Of a DNA stretch of 40,078 bases, positions 29,246-37,419 are shown piece after piece (the stretch's first letter is position 1; the number at the start of each line of letters is the position of its first letter). This DNA is from a virus (lineage: Duplodnaviria > Caudoviricetes). The stretch lies in the IMG/VR virus record IMGVR_UViG_3300010398_000007, positions 1-40,078 of that record; one strand, written 5' to 3'. Under the pieces are notes generated by a model. That model saw only the letters and a program-made list of their open reading frames with translations. It was not told the DNA's origin and did not search any database. Position numbers and translations under genes: made by a program.

Positions 29246-29719
29246 TCACTCTGAGATGCGTTTCAATTCGACTACGTTTCCAGCTTCTGGTGCCGGTAAT
29301 AGATTCGCTGCTTGAGCTGCATCGATCACGCGACGTCCATCACGTAGCAGCATGTGAGGCATGAACGCAGCTTCGAATGTCAACACACCGCATTCAACTG
29401 CCGTCGTCTGTCCCTTGACCCAATCGCGCAGAACTGAGCATACGGATATTCGCGCCTGCTCTAATGCTTTCTGTTCGCGCTTGGCGCGGGTGCTTGAATA
29501 GCCAACGTGCTTGTACTCCTTCATCAATGCTTGAGCGTAGCCTTTCCAGCTCGCTTCCAGCTGCACTTGTCGGTCGCGCCATTTGAAATGAACAACGAGA
29601 CAACCGCGCTCGTTATCGGTCATCGTGCCAAAAGCCTGGCAACCGAAAGCAGCTAGCGTCTTTTGCAGTTCATTGAGCGCCCGATCGCCAGCGGTTGCAG
29701 TTGAGTAAGGAATTGACAT
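29246..29719 (-). CDS. Conserved-looking hypothetical phage protein
   Basis: 157 aa, GGAG RBS, globular composition. Confidence 0.7.
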   Translation of the reverse strand: MSIPYSTATAGDRALNELQKTLAAFGCQAFGTMTDNERGCLVVHFKWRDRQVQLEASWKGYAQALMKEYKHVGYSSTRAKREQKALEQARISVCSVLRDWVKGQTTAVECGVLTFEAAFMPHMLLRDGRRVIDAAQAANLLPAPEAGNVVELKRISE

Positions 29720-29730
29720 GAATCACTCCA

Positions 29731-30018
29731 CTATAGTAAGTAGTACTTCTGCAACAATTCATCGACCTTTGCATTCCATTTGTCTGCGCCGCAATCACAA
29801 ATTTCAGATTTGCGACTATCGTTACAGGTCAATATAGCGCATGAATACCAGCAATCTGGGCAATCAAGATGCGAACGCTTTGATTCTTTCAATAAAGCGC
29901 CGACTTCAATGAGCGCGGCATCGGCTTCATCGGCGAAATAAACTTCTTCCCATTTGAGATCAGAATCTGCCGTGTCGGTATCACATGGAAATACGTGCAC
30001 TGCTTTTCGTTTCTGCAT
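29731..30018 (-). CDS. Cys-rich hypothetical protein
   Basis: HLDCPDCWYSC...CDCGADKWN. Confidence 0.55.
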   Translation of the reverse strand: MQKRKAVHVFPCDTDTADSDLKWEEVYFADEADAALIEVGALLKESKRSHLDCPDCWYSCAILTCNDSRKSEICDCGADKWNAKVDELLQKYYLL

Positions 30019-30039
30019 TGCAAATCTCTTCCGCTAGAA

Positions 30040-30249
30040 TCAGCTCTCGTCTCGATGCCGAATTCCAAGCAAAAATCCAGCTTCAAAAACGCTGTGTAAA
30101 TTGTGAACCAACGACGAGCATGGCTTGCGCGTATCTTTAATCCATATTTCTATTGTCGCTCGATCAACCCCAAACCAATTGGCAGCGATTTGCACGAATC
30201 TTTTGTGCGCAATCCGCTGAAGTTCTTTGTTACTTTCTTTTGCATTCAT
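30040..30249 (-). CDS. Hypothetical protein
   Basis: 69 aa, ATGA coupling. Confidence 0.5.
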   Translation of the reverse strand: MNAKESNKELQRIAHKRFVQIAANWFGVDRATIEIWIKDTRKPCSSLVHNLHSVFEAGFLLGIRHRDES

Positions 30250-30455
30250 TGGGCACCTGATCGACGCGGAGCGGGCCGCTTAGTACGAAAGCGCGACCAG
30301 TCATACCCACTGCCATCTTTGTACTTTGGAATGCGCAACAATTTACCTAGTCTCTTGCCGGCTTCTTCATGCGCATCGTTGTCACGGCAACACGAGCAAC
30401 CCTCCGACCACTTATAGTCAGCAATCGCTCGACGAATTTCTGAAAGATCACTCAT
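30246..30455 (-). CDS. Hypothetical protein
   Basis: MSDLSEIRRAIADYKWSEGCSCC... Confidence 0.5.
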   Translation of the reverse strand: MSDLSEIRRAIADYKWSEGCSCCRDNDAHEEAGKRLGKLLRIPKYKDGSGYDWSRFRTKRPAPRRSGAQ

Positions 30456-30471
30456 CCCGGCGCGCTCCGGT

Positions 30472-30765
30472 TTATTCGTAGTCGAAATCTTCGTCATCTT
30501 CGCAGTCATCGCAATCACGACATCCAACACAATCAGTTTCGCCATGGTAATGACACACGCAAAGATCGCCGCCACAATGGCAGTACAGAACTCCGCTTCC
30601 TCCGCATCGCGTATCAATGCCTTCGCTAAATAGCTCGTCATACGACCCCTTTGCGCCGCACCAGCACTCAAATTGTTCTGCGTCGCATTTGCTGCAAACC
30701 GCTTTCGGTTCGCTATCACTGGGATCGGCAGTCGGCAACCAATTATGTGTGCAGGCTTCTTTCAC
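30472..30765 (-). CDS. Very Cys-rich acidic small protein
   Basis: 97 aa with many Cys/His pairs (CSKC, CWC, CHCGGDLCVCH, CVGCRDCDDC). Confidence 0.55.
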   Translation of the reverse strand: MKEACTHNWLPTADPSDSEPKAVCSKCDAEQFECWCGAKGSYDELFSEGIDTRCGGSGVLYCHCGGDLCVCHYHGETDCVGCRDCDDCEDDEDFDYE

Positions 30766-30974
30766 TTCCCCTCCCGAGCTGTAGCGGTTTCGTGAGCGGC
30801 TTGGTCATCGCTTTCCCAGCCGCGTTCATCCAAATAGTCGCTTTCTTCCTCAGCGCATTGCGGGCAGGCGCAACCTCGACAAAAGTCAGCGCCGTGCTTT
30901 TTACAATGCCGCATCCATTCGATGTCAAATCCTGCGCAGTCATCGCACAAAATTCTTCCGCGCACATTGCTCAC
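30762..30974 (-). CDS. Cys-rich small protein
   Basis: CDDC...CKKH...CRGCACPQC; ATGA-type coupling on both sides. Confidence 0.5.
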   Translation of the reverse strand: MSNVRGRILCDDCAGFDIEWMRHCKKHGADFCRGCACPQCAEEESDYLDERGWESDDQAAHETATAREGK

Positions 30975-31279
30975 GACCGGCTCCCTTGCGTTTCCGACTC
31001 AGCTCGGGCAAGTCTGTATTCGTAAACCCAGTTGAGCATCTCATTGACACGGCCACGGATGTAATACGCCTTTCCGCGACTTCCATCCTCACGAATGGCT
31101 GTGATCGTTACCGTGTCGCCGTTGTATTCAGAAAAATCCTCCAATCCAACGAGGACACATTCTTGACCGACAGTAAATTTGTGTCCATTGGGAGTCGATC
31201 TAAAAAGCTCTTCACTCACGAAGCTCGGATCGTCTTTGATTAGGAGAACTGCAATTGGATTATCTATGGAGATTTTCAT
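30971..31279 (-). CDS. Hypothetical protein (SH3/KOW-like C-terminal half)
   Basis: HKFTVGQECVL...NGDTVTITA...YYI pattern; start uncertain. Confidence 0.5.
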   Translation of the reverse strand: MKISIDNPIAVLLIKDDPSFVSEELFRSTPNGHKFTVGQECVLVGLEDFSEYNGDTVTITAIREDGSRGKAYYIRGRVNEMLNWVYEYRLARAESETQGSRS

Positions 31280-31290
31280 AATTGAGCACT

Positions 31291-31773
31291 TCACTTCGTT
31301 GGAGCTGAACAATCCGGACATCGCCAGCCGTTGATCGTATCGAAATGCCAGCCGCTAGCGGCGAGCGATACTTGTTTCACGATCTTCAAACACTTCCTGC
31401 ATTGAATCGACGATAGAACGTCTTCTTTTGTTACCGGTTGCGGAGCGCGAAGGGCGGCAACTTTGTAAAGCCTCGGCACTTCCTGTCCATAAATAATAGC
31501 GGCCGCAATGCGTTGGATATTTTCGGCAACTTCGCTAACCGGTTCTTCGCGTTGCAATATCAGCTTAGCGGCCGTGTAGATTTGTGCGAGTGCGTCGAGA
31601 TGAGCTTCTGCCGGCGGTTGTTCGGCTCGGGGTGCAGTTAGCCGGCGGGCGGCTTCGTTGCATACATCGCGCATCATTCGCGATCCTACGCCAGTCGCAT
31701 TGTCTGCAAAGTGGCGGAAGTAAATCGACAACTGCTCGTTTGTCATCTTCCTGCGGGTGAGCTGGTCGGTCAT
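31291..31773 (-). CDS. Hypothetical protein with C-terminal zinc ribbon
   Basis: CRKC...WRCPDC. Confidence 0.55.
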   Translation of the reverse strand: MTDQLTRRKMTNEQLSIYFRHFADNATGVGSRMMRDVCNEAARRLTAPRAEQPPAEAHLDALAQIYTAAKLILQREEPVSEVAENIQRIAAAIIYGQEVPRLYKVAALRAPQPVTKEDVLSSIQCRKCLKIVKQVSLAASGWHFDTINGWRCPDCSAPTK

Positions 31774-31952
31774 GGTTCGTCCGCCTCATATTCAGTTTCG
31801 TGCCCGCAATTCTTACAACGCTTGTAAAAAATCTGCTCCGTGCCGTATTCGTGATCGAACGAGTCGTCTATGACTTCGTAGTCGTGATCGAACTCACCCG
31901 GCGCAACTTCGCACGGATTGGGCTCCTTCTTTGCATTGAGTTCGTCAGTCAT
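31770..31952 (-). CDS. Small acidic zinc-binding protein
   Basis: C...HDYE...CKNCG. Confidence 0.5.
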   Translation of the reverse strand: MTDELNAKKEPNPCEVAPGEFDHDYEVIDDSFDHEYGTEQIFYKRCKNCGHETEYEADEP

Positions 31953-32140
31953 GGTTTCACCTTCATCATTCTCGCGCGACGAAGCTCCTCATCAAGTAGT
32001 AACTTGAGGTGCACACGAAGAGACGAGCTAACCGGGTCAAGCGGCTTTACCTCAGAAATTGCCTTTTGAGTTCTCTCAATCGCTGCGGCCAGCTCGGTGT
32101 TGGTCATGCAGTAGTCGGCGGTAATGGTGTCGTCGCTCAC
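31949..32140 (-). CDS. Hypothetical protein
   Basis: GTGA and ATGA coupled helical ORF. Confidence 0.5.
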   Translation of the reverse strand: MSDDTITADYCMTNTELAAAIERTQKAISEVKPLDPVSSSLRVHLKLLLDEELRRARMMKVKP

Positions 32141-33276
32141 AGCTTCACCTTCGCCCACGGCACGCCTTGTAGCCACTCAAGCGCTACGGCTCCCGACACG
32201 CCGAAGTGTTGGGCAACGGCGAAGATGATCTCGAGCTCGTTAGCAACATACATCGTGTCGCCCTGCTTGACGGCCATGGTTGTGATGTCGGCACCATTCG
32301 ACTCATCGACAGCCACCACGAACGGCCGCTCCGACTCCTTCTTAGCGAGCTCGAAAGTACGGCGTTCCTCCTCGAATGCAGCGCGCTCTGCAGCCAACCG
32401 ACTCTCCTCGGCGGCGCGGGCTTCATCTTCAACCCGACGCCGCTCGGTCGCTTCGTGTTCTTGCTGGCGTCTCTCCGCGGCTAGGCGCTCGCGTTGCGCC
32501 TGCTCCTCGGCGGCAATCCGATCTCGCTCGGCTTGCTCACGAGCACGAGCCTCGCTTTGCTGCCGTTCAAATTCTGCTCTGGCTAAGGCGAGCTTCTCTT
32601 CCTCGGCGCGGCGGTCACGTTCTCTGTCAGCCTGCTCCTGCGCTTGTCGCTCTCGCTCGGCTGCCAATCTCCGCGCCTCCGCCTCTTGTTGGCACGCCAT
32701 CGAGTGGAGCGTGCGTAGGCTGTCGACGGACCGAAAAAGAGCAGCCTCCGCTTCCTCGCGGAACTCACCGTAAGAGTCGTCGATTGCGGTCGCCTCGGCT
32801 GCTTTTAGGAGGGTCGCAATATGACTCGATGATCCGCCCGACGTATTCTCGGGCCAGCGCCGAATGCCATCGATGCGCGCACGGATCTCTGCAACCCGTT
32901 TGCGCTCCGCCTCAATACGCGCCTCCCGCTCGCGCTCGATACGCTCCTCCTCGCCCTTGATTTGCGCGTCAATCGGGTCCTCAAGACTCGAAAGCACTTT
33001 AGTTATACGTTTAGCCTCCGCATCAATCGCGCGGCCTGCGTCTAGGAAGTAGCGTTTCTCCGCGACGCGGATCTCTTCGACCTCAAGGCGTGGCGCTCGG
33101 ATCGCGCGCCTAGCTTCACGCGCCGCAAGCATGCCCTCTTTTTTCTGCACCTCATACACGACCCCCTTGTAGGACTCGCTGAGTTTGGCGAGTCCCTCGT
33201 TAACCTTGCTGAATACCGCGAGCGAGGATTGGACGCGGTCGAGGATGACAGGTTCTGTAGCAATTGGGTCGGTCAT
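32137..33276 (-). CDS. DUF1351-like long coiled-coil protein
   Basis: True start ATG 33276 (ATGA overlap). RLEVEEIR...GRAIDAEAKRI...LEDPID motif; E/R/A-rich helix. Confidence 0.65.
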   Translation of the reverse strand: MTDPIATEPVILDRVQSSLAVFSKVNEGLAKLSESYKGVVYEVQKKEGMLAAREARRAIRAPRLEVEEIRVAEKRYFLDAGRAIDAEAKRITKVLSSLEDPIDAQIKGEEERIEREREARIEAERKRVAEIRARIDGIRRWPENTSGGSSSHIATLLKAAEATAIDDSYGEFREEAEAALFRSVDSLRTLHSMACQQEAEARRLAAERERQAQEQADRERDRRAEEEKLALARAEFERQQSEARAREQAERDRIAAEEQAQRERLAAERRQQEHEATERRRVEDEARAAEESRLAAERAAFEEERRTFELAKKESERPFVVAVDESNGADITTMAVKQGDTMYVANELEIIFAVAQHFGVSGAVALEWLQGVPWAKVKL

Positions 33277-34055
33277 GGCGCCGCCTCTAACAACTCGATC
33301 AGTTGATCTGCCATCGTCTCCCACGCCGCGCTCGCCGCGCTCTCCGCCGCGCTCTCCGCCGCGCTCCACGCGCTCTCCGCCGCGCTCCTCGCGCTCTCCG
33401 CCGCGCTCCACGCGCTCTCCGCCGCGCTCTCCGCCGCGCTCCACGCCGCGCTCCTCGCCGCGCTCCACGCGCTCCACGCCGCGCTCGCCGCGCTCCACGC
33501 GCTCGCCGCGCTCTCCGCCGCGCTCGCCGCGCTCGCCGCGCTCTCCGCCGCGCTCGCCGCGCTCGCCGCCGCGCTCGCCGCGCTCTCCGCCGCGCTCCAC
33601 GCGCTCTCCGCCGCGCTCCACGCGCTCTCGTCTACAGGATCCCCGCGAGTCAACGGAAGCAACACCTCAGCGCACTGCGCTACCGCATCCTTCACAATCG
33701 GATGGTCGTAAGATCCGATTCCACTGCGCGTCAAAAGCCAGTGTAGAAATTGCCAGCCGACGCGCGAGAGATCAGCGCCGGGGCGAATTGCAGACAGAAA
33801 GCGCTCTGGCCATTCTTGTGCTTTGCCGTTCTTGAGCCCCTCAAAAATACAGTCCTCCAGTCGCGCCAGAATCTCTGGAATCCCAAGCTCAATCGGATAG
33901 CGTGAGTGGTCGTAATTCTCAAGCGTGCAGCCGATGGCACAGCCTTTGCCATTACTCCATCCGGTACCATGAATCAATTCATCCGCTGCACGATGCGCAG
34001 CAACGCGCGTCAGATACTTCTCTTTAATCGCCGTATCGTTATGAAATGCAAGCAT
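33273..34055 (-). CDS. Hypothetical protein with Ser/Ala/Trp/Glu low-complexity repeat
   Basis: GAGAGG RBS; globular N-domain (GKGCAIGCT), then about 100 aa of SAAES/SAAWS repeats. Confidence 0.75.
   Translation of the reverse strand: MLAFHNDTAIKEKYLTRVAAHRAADELIHGTGWSNGKGCAIGCTLENYDHSRYPIELGIPEILARLEDCIFEGLKNGKAQEWPERFLSAIRPGADLSRVGWQFLHWLLTRSGIGSYDHPIVKDAVAQCAEVLLPLTRGDPVDESAWSAAESAWSAAESAASAAASAASAAESAASAASAAESAASAWSAASAAWSAWSAARSAAWSAAESAAESAWSAAESARSAAESAWSAAESAAESAASAAWETMADQLIELLEAAP
33321..33628. repeat. GC-rich tandem minisatellite (9- and 12-bp units)
   Basis: Mixed units GCCGCGCTCTCC, GCCGCGCTC and CACGCGCTC. Confidence 0.9.
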
Positions 34056-34067
34056 GGGTCACCTCTC

Positions 34068-34117
34068 TATACTTAACAGTTATAACATTGCCTGTTATAC
34101 AGCGTCAACGCTAGAAT
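34068..34117. promoter_or_regulatory. Divergent promoters with palindromic operator-like sites
   Basis: Leftward TTGACG-18-TATAAC with extended TG; rightward TTGCCT-18-TAGAAT. Palindromes at 34068-84 and 34081-99. Confidence 0.55.
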
Positions 34118-34124
34118 GGCGGCA

Positions 34125-34346
34125 ATGAAACTCAAGCACCCGAACGCCTACGTCAAGAAGTCCTCTAGCCTGCACGACTTACCCGTGATCCAGGTCGAGC
34201 TCGCCAAGCGCACCGGCGTCACCCAGGCGTGCGTGTCGCGCATTCTCACAGGCCGCCAGTCGGTACAACTTTGGTGGCTCCTCAAGGTGTCTAGCCTCTA
34301 CGACATCAGCATGGACGAGCTGTGCGATGGGTTGGTGGTGCGTTAG
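34125..34346 (+). CDS. XRE/Cro-family HTH transcriptional regulator
   Basis: QVELAKRTGVTQACVSRILTG helix-turn-helix; start at 34116 or 34125. Confidence 0.8.
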   Translation: MKLKHPNAYVKKSSSLHDLPVIQVELAKRTGVTQACVSRILTGRQSVQLWWLLKVSSLYDISMDELCDGLVVR

Positions 34347-34564
34347 TGAGCCGCCCGCCGCGCCTCACTAAGAGCCGCATCAAAGCAGGGCTTGCAGAGG
34401 AAGACGTCGAGGGACTCCGGCACGTCGGGATTGCGGTGCAACTGATACGCAGCCCAGTGAATACGACAGATAGAACAGCCGTGCTTGCCCTCGGGTATCG
34501 AGTCGATATGTGGGATGAACTCAGGCGATGCGCTCACGTTGCCCCCTAATAAATCTGTTCTCAT
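34343..34564 (-). CDS. Small zinc-finger protein
   Basis: CSIC...LCKPC. Confidence 0.5.
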   Translation of the reverse strand: MRTDLLGGNVSASPEFIPHIDSIPEGKHGCSICRIHWAAYQLHRNPDVPESLDVFLCKPCFDAALSEARRAAH

Positions 34565-34701
34565 TCACTGCGCGCTTGCTGTCATAGAGTCGACCGAGCG
34601 ACCAGGGCGTCACGCTCCTCTCGCGCTTTAAAAGTCGTCGCCACTCAAGCTCGGTCATCGGCCTGCAGCGCTCGAGTGGGCACAGCCCCACGTACCCAAG
34701 C

Positions 34702-34923
34702 TTATCCACAAAAACTCCTGGAGCAATACGGGCAGCCAGTGATGAGTGATCGTCGCGCGACACTGCGAATACGTGAGTGATGAGTGATGTCTCGCCGACA
34801 GCTAAAACAACGTCCATCGTACGGCAAGAAAAGCGGCAGCCCGTGCTGCGCACAGTAGCGGCGCTGCTCGCGGATGATGACCTCGCCGACGGTCAGTGTA
34901 CGCCTCTTGATCTCGTTACTCAT
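34702..34923 (-). CDS. Small Cys-rich protein
   Basis: YCAQHGLPLFLPYDGRCFSC...ITGCPYCSRSFCG. Confidence 0.55.
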   Translation of the reverse strand: MSNEIKRRTLTVGEVIIREQRRYCAQHGLPLFLPYDGRCFSCRRDITHHSRIRSVARRSLITGCPYCSRSFCG

Positions 34924-35158
34924 TCTCAATCCGCTGCAGCGACGACAGCGGCGGCGCGTCGTCGTCGCAAAAGATCGCGACTCCAAGCACATACACTCCG
35001 CGCAGACGTGCTTCCGGAACATTGGCTAGTTGCTCAAGTTCCAGCAACAGCTGGTCGTAATCGAGCGTATGCAAGCGATACGCGATGCGAGAATTATTGT
35101 CCGGCATGCGGCTTAGCAGGCTATTCAATTCTGAAACCACTTGATTGAGTAGCGTCAC
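34916..35158 (-). CDS. Hypothetical protein
   Basis: GTG start with GGAGG RBS, coupled to its neighbours. Confidence 0.45.
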   Translation of the reverse strand: MTLLNQVVSELNSLLSRMPDNNSRIAYRLHTLDYDQLLLELEQLANVPEARLRGVYVLGVAIFCDDDAPPLSSLQRIENE

Positions 35159-35292
35159 GGCACCTCCGGATACATCGCCCATAGGGTTGCCATGATAGCG
35201 GCGAACAGGATGACGAGGAGGACGGATAGCAGCGTGTCGCGGAGTTCGCGGCGGCGGCGTCTGCGCATGATGCCAGCGGTGCGGTGGGTCAT
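35155..35292 (-). CDS. Small single-TM protein
   Basis: RRRRRR followed by LLSVLLVILFAAIMATLWAM. Confidence 0.5.
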   Translation of the reverse strand: MTHRTAGIMRRRRRRELRDTLLSVLLVILFAAIMATLWAMYPEVP

Positions 35293-35294
35293 GG

Positions 35295-35936
35295 CTAGTA
35301 ATCCTGAAACAGTGTCGACAGCCGTGCAATTCCAGTCCGACCGATGAGGCGCATCAAATCCATCGAAATGCGTGCGCACGCTTGGTAGGTCCGCTCGGCT
35401 TCTCTGCTGTCCGTGTCATAGCCTAATTCGCTCGCCCACTCTTCGAAACACGGCGCATCGAGTACCGATTGACTGTCTCTAACGAGGGAGTAAAGAACGT
35501 CGCGTAATACAGGGGGCGGCAGTGCAACCAATTTCACGCCGAATCGAGACTCGCTTTTATAGTCGCGCGGAATGGCTGGCCGGACCCTACTCGTTTTGTC
35601 GGCCAGAGTTGTGCGTCCCACTGGATAGGTTCCAGTCTCCGCGGCACGCTCTTGATCGGCGCGCAAAAGCCTGCTTTCGTAGTGCAATGGCGGCGGCGCG
35701 GCGAAATGATTGTAGCCAGGAACATGCCCGATGCCTTGCATGTAATCCGTGTCGAGTCGGTATTTGCCGCGTACGAGCGACACGCGCCAGTTGAGTGACT
35801 TGTTTTTCTCCCCGCTATTTCGACTCGCAGATTGACGAACGAATGCGGCGGTGTAGGCAATACCGAGTTCCGCGATGTACTGATCGAGCGCCTCGTATGA
35901 AGTGGCGCTCGCGGCTGTTTGACTGTCGATACTCAT
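35295..35936 (-). CDS. Hypothetical early protein
   Basis: 213 aa; DVLYSLVRD...FEEWASELGYDTDSREAERTYQAC motif. Confidence 0.7.
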   Translation of the reverse strand: MSIDSQTAASATSYEALDQYIAELGIAYTAAFVRQSASRNSGEKNKSLNWRVSLVRGKYRLDTDYMQGIGHVPGYNHFAAPPPLHYESRLLRADQERAAETGTYPVGRTTLADKTSRVRPAIPRDYKSESRFGVKLVALPPPVLRDVLYSLVRDSQSVLDAPCFEEWASELGYDTDSREAERTYQACARISMDLMRLIGRTGIARLSTLFQDY

Positions 35937-36166
35937 ACCCCACCCCGCTTACGCGTCCCAATCTCGCGCGTGTTGCGTTCGAAGAATTTAAAGGAGCCGC
36001 AGGAATTGCCGTTGATGTCGGCCAGAGTCACACCGTCAAGCACAGCGCCGGCCTCCACTCTGGCAGACAACTCACGCAAGATGCGCGACAATTCAATAGA
36101 GCACAGCTCGCCAGCGAATGAATCGTTGTCGCAGTTGATGTAGATCTCTACATAGCGGGTGCGCAT
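35933..36166 (-). CDS. Hypothetical early protein
   Basis: GAGGAG RBS; INCDNDSF...ELSRILR...DINGNSCG. Confidence 0.65.
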   Translation of the reverse strand: MRTRYVEIYINCDNDSFAGELCSIELSRILRELSARVEAGAVLDGVTLADINGNSCGSFKFFERNTREIGTRKRGGV

Positions 36167-36169
36167 TGG

Positions 36170-36295
36170 TTACTCCTCGTGTGATTGATAGTCATACCTA
36201 CGAAGTCGTCGCCGACTCCAATGCTCGCCGTCACTCGCGGACCAGCACGCGCCCACGAGTGCGATCAGAAACAGGATGAGGGCGAAGAGGGTCAT
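36170..36295 (-). CDS. Small membrane/exported peptide (41 aa)
   Basis: MTLFALILFLIALVGACWSAS...; ATGA overlap with the upstream ORF. Confidence 0.45.
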   Translation of the reverse strand: MTLFALILFLIALVGACWSASDGEHWSRRRLRRYDYQSHEE

Positions 36296-36537
36296 GGCGC
36301 ACTGCGCCAGCACGTTCTAAATTGCCAGTCGCGCCCGTACTCACCACTATGCCGCGCCAATTCAAGCACGCCCATACGCTCAAGTGAGAGTGCCGTGCGC
36401 TTGTGCCGCCCGCGCGGATTGCCCGTGCCACCGAGCGTGTGCCAGCCCGGATAACGCAAAGCAAAGTCGTGCAGATGAAATTGCGCAGCGCTCATGCGTA
36501 GCGGCAGAGCACGGCCAGACCAGATGGTGTATTGCAT
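36292..36537 (-). CDS. Hypothetical early protein
   Basis: 81 aa, AGGAG in the leader. Confidence 0.55.
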   Translation of the reverse strand: MQYTIWSGRALPLRMSAAQFHLHDFALRYPGWHTLGGTGNPRGRHKRTALSLERMGVLELARHSGEYGRDWQFRTCWRSAP

Positions 36538-36560
36538 CTCTCTCGCTCCTAGGTGGTCGG

Positions 36561-36779
36561 TTAGGCGGCAATCTTGTTGTAGAACGCCATCACTTTTTTG
36601 CAGTCAGGATGGGCAATACCAACTGAGTACTTGAGGGAATCAAGCGCTGCGAAAGTCGCGAACTTGTAATCGCCTTTGTCATAGAGCTGAACCGCGTCAG
36701 CAAGGCGAAGTCGTGCGGACGATTCCATCGCTCCGCCAATGTTCTTGCGCGCCAGGATGATTGCTTGGTTGCTGTCCAT
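36561..36779 (-). CDS. Hypothetical early protein
   Basis: 72 aa, preceded by the repeated leader AACTGAGGGCGAGAAG. Confidence 0.65.
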   Translation of the reverse strand: MDSNQAIILARKNIGGAMESSARLRLADAVQLYDKGDYKFATFAALDSLKYSVGIAHPDCKKVMAFYNKIAA

Positions 36780-36810
36780 CTTCTCGCCCTCAGTTAGGTT
36801 AGGTGGTCGG

Positions 36811-37173
36811 TTAGCAGCCCATCATTCGTTCCATGCGCTGCTCGGCTCTCCATGCCGCTTGAAAGTCGCGCTCCTCTTGCAAAGACTCTTCATACTCACG
36901 AAGCACATCTGCGGGGAGGCGATCTAAATCGACGCCCTGAACGGTCGTTCGGCCATCGCACTCTTCGCATGTGACGTCGTAGTCACCACGCATATACGAC
37001 TCGCCGAAGTCCGGGTCTTCATCGAAATCCGCTGCGGTCAGTCCATTGCCATCGATTGCCGAGTTGACATGCGAACCATTCCCATTGCAGCGCGGGCAAA
37101 CCTGCCACTTTGTTGGTAGAACAAATTCAGTGCCGTCGGCCCGTACGAAAGTGATTTGCTTTTGGTTGCTCAT
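36811..37173 (-). CDS. DnaJ-type zinc-finger hypothetical protein
   Basis: VCPRCNGNG...YDVTCEECDGR; preceded by the repeated leader. Confidence 0.7.
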   Translation of the reverse strand: MSNQKQITFVRADGTEFVLPTKWQVCPRCNGNGSHVNSAIDGNGLTAADFDEDPDFGESYMRGDYDVTCEECDGRTTVQGVDLDRLPADVLREYEESLQEERDFQAAWRAEQRMERMMGC

Positions 37174-37191
37174 CTTCTTGCCCTCAGTTCG

Positions 37192-37347
37192 TTAACGGAC
37201 AACAACACCGCGCGATGCGCGGCGAATGAAAAGTGCGTAGCCGTTTTTCTTCCAGCACTCGGCGCCAGTAATGGCGCCAACGCCTGACCACACATAGCCA
37301 TTTGCCAAGAGATACTCTCGGGCTGTTTTGAGATTGGCGAAGTTCAT
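37192..37347 (-). CDS. Hypothetical early protein (51 aa, not in ORF track)
   Basis: MNFANLKTAREYLLANGYVWSGVGAITGAECWKKNGYALFIRRASRGVVVR; preceded by the repeated leader. Confidence 0.6.
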   Translation of the reverse strand: MNFANLKTAREYLLANGYVWSGVGAITGAECWKKNGYALFIRRASRGVVVR

Positions 37348-37388
37348 CTTCTCGCCCTCAGTTCGCCCCGCGTGTGCGGTGTGAGTCC

Positions 37389-37416
37389 ATTATGCATACC
37401 AGTTATACGTTGTCAA
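37389..37416 (-). promoter_or_regulatory. Sigma70-like early promoter
   Basis: - strand TTGACA, 16-bp spacer, CATAAT. Confidence 0.65.
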
Positions 37417-37419
37417 CAA

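Noticed and set aside
33321-33628. CRISPR array
   Set aside because: Contiguous 9-12-bp units with no unique spacers and no cas genes.
33185-33835. Long RSPP, RRAP and ERGG ORFs in other frames, including the ERGG extension of 32137-33621
   Set aside because: These are stop-free shadows of the GC-rich minisatellite. The RBS and globular domain support only 33273-34055, and the downstream gene starts at 33276.
36535-37363. Mini-CRISPR or integron attC array
   Set aside because: The repeats are non-palindromic RBS-containing leaders separated by whole ORFs of 150-360 bp; there is no attC structure or integrase.
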